From contig MTSL01000206.1 of NCBI GenBank assembly GCA_002794465.1, positions 38,786 to 70,785 on the forward strand: 32,000 bases of DNA. Direction: 5' to 3'. Numbering within the stretch: position 1 is the stretch's first letter; the number at the start of each line of letters is the position of its first letter. A model generated the notes under the pieces. The model ran no database searches and was not told the DNA's origin. It worked only from the letters and a program-made list of their open reading frames with translations. Shown here in pieces: positions 1-7,843 of the stretch. Made by a program: the position numbers and the translations under genes. The stretch is from Paramicrosporidium saccamoebae KSL3. Taxonomy: Eukaryota; Fungi; Cryptomycota.

Positions 1-2
1 CC

Positions 3-143
3 TCAGATGCACAGGCTTCTGATGTTAGGGTTGGAACAGAAAGCACTGAGCAACAACCGTCACCCATACCTACCAAAAGGCGGCGTCTTGACGACAACAC
101 CCGAAAACCACCACTAGCGGCACTTTTCCACGATTCAAGCTAA
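3..143 (+). CDS. 3' end of a gene truncated by the window edge; probable paralog of the adjacent secreted ankyrin-repeat protein
   Basis: Frame 3 reads SDAQASDVRVGTESTEQQPSPIPTKRRRLDDNTRKPPLAALFHDSS* (TAA 141-143). This aligns with the C-terminus of the next gene (DRVEIGHTEHQPSSRPTKRARLDGST). Confidence 0.7.
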   Translation, partial: SDAQASDVRVGTESTEQQPSPIPTKRRRLDDNTRKPPLAALFHDSS

Positions 144-371
144 TGCGTCCCCTTGAGACACACTATTTAAGATACGAAATCAACGCAAACACAAACCTAA
201 TAAATACATTCTACTATTAAAATTTCCAGCGCCAGCTCTCTTTACTTGTTAATGTAAATGCAGCTCCTGAATGAGCTTTGATAATCAAGTCCCTAGATCG
301 CGAGCCTGCTGTAGTGTGAGTAGACCCAATTTAAAGTTTTAAAAATCCCAATTTTGCTGCCCCGGCAAAGC

Positions 372-2531
372 ATGGCCGCCAAATTTGTTATCCTCTGCAG
401 CCTTGCGATTTTTTCCCGTGTATCGCCAGCTGCACACGTAGAATGTAGCTCCATTATCCCCGAAGGCACTTTTATTCGAACAGCACTTATTGGCACGCAG
501 GGTCAAGGGTTAATATCGACCGTCTCCATTAAATCTTCTCTGGAGGCCGGCGAGATGACACTGATAAACGCTTTAGCCTCCCAATGCCCCGAATGGACGC
601 CTGACGGTGAACTGGTGACATATCTTGTGAAGCAGAACCTCCACAAAATCATTGAAATGCTATACAGAAAGAATTGTCGAGTCCAGCCGTCCATAAAGAA
701 CTTGGATGATGCGGCAAAATGGGGACATTTGAATGTGCTCAGAGCATTCTTTGCTAACGATCAAGGAGCTTTGCCATCCCAAGTCGGGGTCAAACGAGCT
801 ATAGCCAAAGGTCACCTTGGGATTGTTAAATGGATGGCTAAAGTGAATCCATACTACTTCAACTATAAGCAACTAGCTCTCGTTGCCTCTAAATATGGCT
901 ATTTGGATCTTATCCAATGGATATTTAAAAAACAGGGTGTACTTCCATCGTATCTTGGCATTAATTATGCCGCGAGGGCGGGTCATTTGGACACTGTGAA
1001 ATGGCTTTTTGCTATGGATCCATATACTCTGCCCACGTTTCCCACCATGGAGATTGCAGCGCAAAAAGGTCATGATGATATCCTGCAATGGTGCCTCGAC
1101 AACAGTGTGGCTGCCCCCAATTTAAATCGACTCGTGTCCAACGACCAATTCGGTATAGCCAATTGGCTTTATCCCAGGTCTGATGGACACTATCCAAACC
1201 AGGCTGCAATCAATGAAGCAGTTAAGGAAGGCCGTGTTCAAGCCCTCAAATGGATGTTGGAAAAGAACTCCAAGATTGCACCAGACCTGGAGTCGATTGT
1301 AAAGACTGTAAACAACGGATACGAAGGGTGCCTGATCGTGTTGCTCGAGAACCGCCCCGAGTGCCTTTTAAACTCGCAAGTTATCCATGTCCTTGTTGCT
1401 CGTGGATATTGGTTTGTTATCGACGGCTTGCTTGAGTTAGACATTAAGTGGATGCCAAGCCAATCGAATGTTGACAATATCTTGGAATCCGGGAAGAGTG
1501 CAACCTTGGCCAAACTTTTAGACCTGCCACAATCTTGCCGCCCCAGCCAAGCAAGTATTAATCGGACTGCAAGAAATGGTCATGCAGACAGTCTCCACTC
1601 TCTTCTTGAAGAATTTCCCGATGCCCTGCCCGACGCATCGACAATTAGCTCACTCTACGCCAGCGGCAAGACGTCGGTCATTCATTTACTGTACACGGTT
1701 GTGCCAAGATTCACCACGTCTCAGCTAGAATTCAACTCTGCGGCTCTGAATGGCCATGTAGTCTTGCTAAAGTATTGCTACGTTAGAAACCCAACCCTAC
1801 TTCTTGATTTGACAACTATATTATATGCCAAGAAGGCAGGACACTTACACGTGGAGGAGTGGTTCATCCGTCTGCTGACCCACTTGCAGGCAGCGGGGAC
1901 TCTGCCAGCTATTAGAGTTGGTCATGTTTCCGAGCGGACAGTTAAAATTGATCCCACAGAGGTCAAGTCGATAGTGAAAATTTTGGCAAAGCAGACTTTA
2001 CACAATGTAAGCGAGGCAAAGGTCCTTGAACAGCCGGAATCACTACCCAGATCAAGTGACGAGACCCATCGTCCTAGCCAAGAGGCATTGACTGAACGGC
2101 AAGGAAGATTTACTGAAACAACAGTGGGAAAAATAATTCTTCCTCCCATTTCAGTTTATCCTAGGATTCCGGCAGTCCCACGCGTGCAATCACCTAGCAG
2201 CGACACCACAATAGCAAGTGCTGGACATTTACAGTCACGATCGAGGCAAATGGCGTCTCTAAACAATTCCCAAGAGAACCAAAGCATGTCACTAACGATA
2301 CCATATACTCTAACAAGAGTTCGTTCAGCAAGTTCAAGCCATCTACCACAATCACAACCTCCCATACCTGTACGGGTATATAGATATCCGGTGCACCTAT
2401 CTTCGGATACAAGATCTTCTAATGACAGGGTTGAAATAGGACACACTGAACACCAGCCATCATCCAGGCCAACCAAGAGAGCACGCCTTGACGGGAGTAC
2501 CCACGAAGCCGCTGTTAGCACGTTACTTTAA
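372..2531 (+). CDS. Putative secreted ankyrin-like repeat protein with S/P/R-rich tail and C-terminal NLS-like motif
   Basis: Intronless ORF, first ATG at 372. N-terminus MAAKFVILCSLAIFSRVSPAAH looks like a signal peptide. About 14 repeats of the type AAxxGHLxxxxW (AAKWGHLNVLRAF, AIAKGHLGIVKWM, AARAGHLDTVKWL, AAQKGHDDILQWC, AALNGHVVLLKYC). Tail contains RPTKRARLD. Confidence 0.85.
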   Translation: MAAKFVILCSLAIFSRVSPAAHVECSSIIPEGTFIRTALIGTQGQGLISTVSIKSSLEAGEMTLINALASQCPEWTPDGELVTYLVKQNLHKIIEMLYRKNCRVQPSIKNLDDAAKWGHLNVLRAFFANDQGALPSQVGVKRAIAKGHLGIVKWMAKVNPYYFNYKQLALVASKYGYLDLIQWIFKKQGVLPSYLGINYAARAGHLDTVKWLFAMDPYTLPTFPTMEIAAQKGHDDILQWCLDNSVAAPNLNRLVSNDQFGIANWLYPRSDGHYPNQAAINEAVKEGRVQALKWMLEKNSKIAPDLESIVKTVNNGYEGCLIVLLENRPECLLNSQVIHVLVARGYWFVIDGLLELDIKWMPSQSNVDNILESGKSATLAKLLDLPQSCRPSQASINRTARNGHADSLHSLLEEFPDALPDASTISSLYASGKTSVIHLLYTVVPRFTTSQLEFNSAALNGHVVLLKYCYVRNPTLLLDLTTILYAKKAGHLHVEEWFIRLLTHLQAAGTLPAIRVGHVSERTVKIDPTEVKSIVKILAKQTLHNVSEAKVLEQPESLPRSSDETHRPSQEALTERQGRFTETTVGKIILPPISVYPRIPAVPRVQSPSSDTTIASAGHLQSRSRQMASLNNSQENQSMSLTIPYTLTRVRSASSSHLPQSQPPIPVRVYRYPVHLSSDTRSSNDRVEIGHTEHQPSSRPTKRARLDGSTHEAAVSTLL

Positions 2532-2683
2532 TAATGATAATAGAAGCCTGACTATTAGACAGTGTACATCTGCGGACCAAGGACTCCAGTACAGGGTCTT
2601 TACATAGACCTCACCAATAAACACACCCTACTACTATAATTGCCAGCACCAACTCTCTTTATTTGTCAGTGGAAATGCACTAT

Positions 2684-3142
2684 TTAGACGACGGTTCCGG
2701 CAGTCGAGGCAATCTTGGGCCAGAGGTCGGCACACTCCTTACCGACTGGTCCGGTAATGGCGGATCCCTTCATTTCACCCTTGGGGTTAATGATGACACC
2801 AGCGTTATCTTCAAAGTAGATGAAGACACCATCTCGGCGACGCCACGACTTTCGCTGACGAACAACGACGGCGGGCATGACCTTCTTCTTGAGGTCCGGC
2901 TTTCCCTTCTTCACAGTGGCGATAATCATATCACCCACACCAGCAGCGGGCAGACGGTTCAGACGGCCCTTGATGCCCTTGACGGCAATGACGTACAGAT
3001 TCTTCGCACCCGAGTTATCGGCACAGTTGATGACGGCACCCACGGGGAGACCGAGGGTCATACGGAACCGGTTGCCTGAGACTCCTCCACTGCCTATCGG
3101 TTAGATGGATGGATGAGAGGGATGCATACCTCGCTTGGCCAT
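2684..3142 (-). CDS. RPL23: 60S ribosomal protein L23 (uL14)
   Basis: Exons 3142-3130 and 3093-2684, 36-nt intron 3094-3129 (GTATGC...CTAAC...TAG). Gives [38 protein letters not shown]..., 140 aa. Confidence 0.98.
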
Positions 3143-3240
3143 TGAGCTATATGGAAGGGACCCCGGCTCTGGCCAATCATTACCGTGAGTGGAAGTGGAC
3201 CATTATGCTTAATCTGGTAAACAGAGGAGTGGATTTGAAG

Positions 3241-4569
3241 ATGGTAGAGTCGCGACCCGGAAGTGCGAATGGCAGCCGAGTAATAAAGTATCGTCGACTA
3301 CGACCCTTCAAAACGGATGAGATCAAGGTCCTGTTGGTGGAGAATATTAGCACTATCGCCGAAAAGATGCTCCGCGAGGCGGGCTACCAAGTATAGCAAC
3401 AATCATGCGCTAAGCATTAGGTGGAGGTTTGCAGCAAGTCATTGCCAAAGGAGGAGCTGCGTGAAAAGCTCAGGACCGTGCATGCCCTGGGAATCAGGAG
3501 CAAGACACAAATCACAGAAGACCTCATCAAGGAAGCACCCTGTCTCCTCACCATAGGCTGCTTCTGCATCGGGGTTAATCAGGTAGCCCAGGAGGCGGCA
3601 TTATCCCGTGGAATTGCCGTCTTTAACTCACCCTTTAGCAACAGCCGCAGCGTTGCCGAGCTGGTCATTTCCGAAATCATCACTCTAGCGCGACAACTTG
3701 GTGACCGAAACCGGGAAATGCACAATGGACAATGGAAGAAGACGGCAGGTGGTTGTCAAGAGATTCGTCGCAAAATATTGGGCATTGTTGGCTATGGCCA
3801 TATTGGAGCCCAATTGTCCGTGCTGGCTGAATCAATGGGAATGCAAGTGCTCTTCTATGATATTCAACAGATTATGCCACTTGGCATGGCAACTCCCACC
3901 GAAAGTCTGGACGAGCTGCTTGAGCGGTCCGATTTTGTGTCGTTGCATGTGCCCGAGACGAGTGAAACTATCAATATGATCGGTGCCAGGGAGTTAAAGC
4001 TGATGAAGCCGGGTGCAAAGCTTATTAATGCCAGTCGTGGTTCAGTTGTGGATTTGCTGGCATTGAAGGAGGCCCTGGAATCTGGCAGGATGGGTGGTGC
4101 AGCATTGGATGTGTATCCAGAAGAACCCGCTGCAAACGGTCCATGGAGTACTGGTCTGGAGGGATTGGACAATGTCATCTTGACACCCCATATTGGGGGC
4201 AGCACTGAAGAGGCGCAGGCTGCTATTGGAGTGGAGGTGGCCACTAACATGATCCGATTCCTTGACCAAGGCACCACGTTGGGCTCCGTCAACTTTCCAG
4301 AGCTTGATCTGCGCGTCAACACGTTTGAGCAGCCCAGCACTCCGTATCCGTGTCGAGTGCTTAATGTACACCAGAATGTTCCTGGAGTCTTGCTCAAGAT
4401 TAACCAGATCCTGGGGCAATTTAACATTGAAAAGCAGGTCTGTGAAAGTCGCGGACAGTATTCCTACATCATGGCGGATGTGTGTGCCGGCTGTGAGACA
4501 GACTTGGACCATATTTTTGAAAGTATTTTCCATCTACCTGAGGCAGTGGCTACTCGTATTGTTTATTAA
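3241..4569 (+). CDS. SER3: D-3-phosphoglycerate dehydrogenase (SER3/SER33-like) with C-terminal ACT-like domain
   Basis: Exons 3241-3390 and 3421-4569, 30-nt intron 3391-3420. Motifs FCIGVNQV, GIVGYGHIG, INASRG, LTPHIGGSTEEAQ. The start could instead be ATG 3205. Confidence 0.93.
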
Positions 4570-4578
4570 ACACTAAAT

Positions 4579-5437
4579 CTATGTGTGCAACTGAGAGAGG
4601 TCTTCCTTGGCGAGGCTTATTTGGGTCAATATTTGCTGGTACTGCATGGCAATCTTGCTGACTGACGGGCCGAGCTGCTGGAAGAGCAGCAGATTGGTGG
4701 CCCCCTCGCTGATCCGATTATCAAGTTCCTCCAGTAGTTCCTCTGAAACTGCAACACAATTTTGCAATCTTGTAGTTCCGCCCTGGTAAATCTCCAATTT
4801 TGCTTCCATTTGAATAATCCTACCGATGAGACTGAAATGCGAGTGGCTACTGTAATTTAAGATCCAGTGACTCAATAACCGCACGGATATAGATGGAAAA
4901 GGTCCCCAGATAGCGCACTGCTACCGGTTCTGCCCCTAAAACAATTTTCTGACACGCCTCCTCGACCTGATGAAGCTTTTTAGTAGAATCCACCAGCGAC
5001 GCCAAAATGTCGTCAAGTTTACTTCTGAATTCGTCCGTGCATTCTTGGATTTGTCTTTGGGCGAGCTGCACGGATTGAAGGAGTGTGGATGTAGAGTGCA
5101 CAGGGATACTGGGGAAGAGGAGCTGTCCAGTCTGAATCAGCGGCGCGACAAGCTGCTCAATGCCCTGCGAAGCTTGGTTAGCAGTCATGGTAGATTGTTC
5201 AATGTCAAGAAAAGGAAAATCCTGCTGGGCTTGGGCAATATTGACACTGCGGGAATTGCCATTCGAGAGTGCATTCTTGAGCAATCGAAGTTGCCAGAAC
5301 TGTTCAAGATGTCTTTGATGCTCGCCCACAATCATCTCAAACTGCGCATTTTCCTCATTAAGGAGAGTTAAAAGCTGGGCGAAATGAGGAACATCCAGAG
5401 CAGTGGCCAAGTTTTCTGGCAGTGAACACTGTACCAT
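4579..5437 (-). CDS. Coiled-coil protein, tentatively augmin subunit HAUS4-like
   Basis: Exons 5437-4851 and 4819-4579; a 31-nt intron (4820-4850) joins two listed ORFs in frame (275 aa). C-terminus LDLKL..EAKLEIY...LLLFQQLGPSVSKIAMQYQQI resembles my recollection of the HAUS4 C-terminus. The gene is well supported; the family is uncertain. Confidence 0.5.
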
Positions 5438-5567
5438 CGCACGGGCCAATCAGGACTTGCCTGTTTAGACAATCGACACCCTGGAATGTCCGGGTGGTAC
5501 TGTTGCTTTTTGCACACCAGCAACCACCACAGCCCTACAATCCGTCTTTTCAAGCAGCAGCCGCTGG

Positions 5568-6995
5568 ATGAGCAGTGGCTGGGAACACCCCTACCCCATC
5601 CACCGTGGTGGCGATGACATTAAGCCGCCGGAAGAGGGCTTTCCCCTGACTCCCAGAAGCGAGGAGCAACACGAGGATACCGGCACGACATTCTGGACCA
5701 ATGCGCCCAAACTGGAAGTCCTGCAGAATTGGGTCTACTCACCAGCATCCTATTCAAGCTCTGAGGATGGATACTTGGAGGACACGGAGCACATTGACTT
5801 TGCGGCGCTAAAGGATCATTTGAATGTCTTCCGACCTGGAAATGATGTGGATGTGAGTGATCACAAGAAGGGAAAGTACGTCTTTTATTCCATGCAGACG
5901 GGCCTACTGCGTCACCATGTGCTTGCAGATGTGTGCAAGCACGGACATGGACACGGCTTTAGCACGGGATTGGGAAATGGAAACGCAGCCTATGGAAAAG
6001 TCAGCCCCCTCCCCTCCAAAATCCCCAATCTGAGCGAAGTCATGCGAAACGGTCCCTTCTGGCTCGACATTTGCAATCCAACCAAAGAGGAGCTGCGTGC
6101 CCTATGCGAGATATTCAAAATGCATCCACTGACGTTGGAAGGATTGGAGTCGGATGGGGAGGAGATTCGAGAAAAATGTGACGTGTTTGAAAAGTACTAC
6201 TTTATCTGCATTAAGGCATTTGAGAGTGACGCCCAGAGTGACGACTACATGCTACCCATCAATCTATTCATGTTGGTCAGTCCAAGCTGTGTTGTCACAA
6301 TCCACCGTGATCCTCTGGAATTCTCCCACACCATTGCTAAACGTATGCGTCTGTTAACGGCTCGGACCGGACTGACGTCGGATTGGATCGTCTACACCAT
6401 TCTGGAAGACGTGTTGGAAATGTTCGTGCCGTCAGTGCGGGCCAGTGAGATTGAAATTGACGCCATTGACGATCTTGTGGGCGGCTCCTCTACGGCCAGC
6501 ACCCGCTCGCAAACCCATTCAGAACTATTGGGACGAATTGCCAATTCGCGACGGAGAGTCACACAACTAATCCGTCTAATGTCAGCAAAATCGGACCTGT
6601 TTCGAGTCATTGCCAAACGCTGCAGCATGCGATTTAGTGAAGATGCGCATCTTTATTTGCGTGATCTGCAAGACCACACGGCCATGGTCGATCAGACGCT
6701 GCACCAATATGACGAGTCTCTCAATCGTTCCCACGCAAACTACTTGGCACTTCTCTCCATCGAAATCAGTGAGACATCTAACCATATGAGCGATGTCATG
6801 AAGAAGCTGACTGCTGCCTCCACTGTAGCGTTGCCCTGGAGTATGATTACTGGTCTCATGGGGATGAACATTTTTGTACCTGGAGGTAACAGCTACCAAA
6901 CTGAGTCGTGGATCCCTTGGTTCATCTTTTTCCTCGCCATGTCTGCATCCTCTGTCATTATCTACTTTGTTGGCCGTCGTCGCGACTGGTTTTAA
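5568..6995 (+). CDS. CorA-family magnesium transporter (fungal ALR/MNR2 type)
   Basis: WLDICNPT and MHPLTLE segments, GMN signature (GLMGMN) at the end of TM1, second C-terminal TM helix. Confidence 0.93.
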   Translation: MSSGWEHPYPIHRGGDDIKPPEEGFPLTPRSEEQHEDTGTTFWTNAPKLEVLQNWVYSPASYSSSEDGYLEDTEHIDFAALKDHLNVFRPGNDVDVSDHKKGKYVFYSMQTGLLRHHVLADVCKHGHGHGFSTGLGNGNAAYGKVSPLPSKIPNLSEVMRNGPFWLDICNPTKEELRALCEIFKMHPLTLEGLESDGEEIREKCDVFEKYYFICIKAFESDAQSDDYMLPINLFMLVSPSCVVTIHRDPLEFSHTIAKRMRLLTARTGLTSDWIVYTILEDVLEMFVPSVRASEIEIDAIDDLVGGSSTASTRSQTHSELLGRIANSRRRVTQLIRLMSAKSDLFRVIAKRCSMRFSEDAHLYLRDLQDHTAMVDQTLHQYDESLNRSHANYLALLSIEISETSNHMSDVMKKLTAASTVALPWSMITGLMGMNIFVPGGNSYQTESWIPWFIFFLAMSASSVIIYFVGRRRDWF

Positions 6996-7208
6996 TAAAA
7001 CTTCAATCAAGTATTTCAGGAGCGAACTATACCCGTGATGAGGCTAGATAGGTCGGCCATAGCGGCTCGTTGACGAGATCAAAGGTTATGCTCGTGTTGA
7101 GGCTAAAAGTTCTTCATATCCAGCTCACTAATGAGGTTACAACTCAATCATACAAACCTTATGCTCGGCTCCCTAAAGACAAATGAATTTTATTCACATG
7201 TTTCCGAG

Positions 7209-7246
7209 TTGGCGGGATAATTGGGCGGGTGCAATGTTCCCGCCCA
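7209..7246. promoter_or_regulatory. Cluster of three GGCGGG/CCCGCC (E2F-like) sites upstream of the geminin-like gene
   Basis: TTGGCGGGATA 7209-7219, TGGGCGGG 7222-7229 and TTCCCGCC 7237-7244; TGGGCGGG (7222-7229) and CCCGCCCA (7239-7246) form an inverted pair. Function is inferred only. Confidence 0.35.
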
Positions 7247-7273
7247 TCGTGGTACTCCCCCGTGCTAGTGGTG

Positions 7274-7669
7274 ATGCTGAGTGCCTTTCCATTGAAGGAT
7301 GTTGAAAATGCTCCAACGACAATCAAAAAGTCCACATCACACTTGGCAACCAAGTCGGGCCATAAACAGACCCGCCGTCCCCTAAGCGACTTGAGTAACG
7401 GCGCCACTGATAACGCATATCAGCCAATGGACTCTATGGAGACGGCACTGCGGGAGACACTGGTGGAGAACCGTCGGGTCCATGAACTCTGTGAAACATT
7501 GCGGGGCGAAAATATCGAGCTTAGAGGAAGGGTTGGGGAGCTGGCTGTTGTCACCATGCTGTACGAGGTGGCCAAGGCGGAGATTGAAGAGCTGACCAAG
7601 AAATTAGCCCAGTTATCGCCTTTGGACACTGAGAACGACAACAGCGCATTGTCGAATAGTGACTTGTAA
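7274..7669 (+). CDS. Small D-box coiled-coil protein, candidate geminin-family member
   Basis: ATG 7274, 131 aa. RRPLSDLSN fits the RxxLxxxxN D-box. Coiled coil ALRETLVENRRVHELCE...ELAVV matches the geminin pattern ALxExLxENxxLH...ELAxV. Confidence 0.55.
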   Translation: MLSAFPLKDVENAPTTIKKSTSHLATKSGHKQTRRPLSDLSNGATDNAYQPMDSMETALRETLVENRRVHELCETLRGENIELRGRVGELAVVTMLYEVAKAEIEELTKKLAQLSPLDTENDNSALSNSDL

Positions 7670-7679
7670 TAATAAACAG

Positions 7680-7830
7680 CATGTAGATAGCCGGATAATA
7701 TGATGAGTGGCACAGAAATATAATGATATGGTAGTATATTGGCATGAGACACGACAATGTGATGATGCGGTAGCATGTCATAATAGCAAAACATGCTAAC
7801 ATGACAATACGACAATATGATAGTATGAAA
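7680..7830. repeat. Degenerate ATG/TAT-rich low-complexity repeat between convergent genes
   Basis: Recurring AYAATRTGATG / CATG / ACGACAAT fragments with no clean period. Confidence 0.4.
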
Positions 7831-7843
7831 GACTCGGTATAGT

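Noticed and set aside
2663-3079. Long antisense and shadow ORFs (2663-3079, 26865-27596, 3864-4427, 11083-11634, 16302-16877 and similar)
   Set aside because: They lie opposite or out of frame to well-supported conserved genes and show no recognisable motifs.
3109-3240. Upstream extension of the SER3 ORF ([10 protein letters not shown]...)
   Set aside because: It overlaps the RPL23 first exon and intron on the opposite strand; homology to Ser3 starts only near RLRPFKT.
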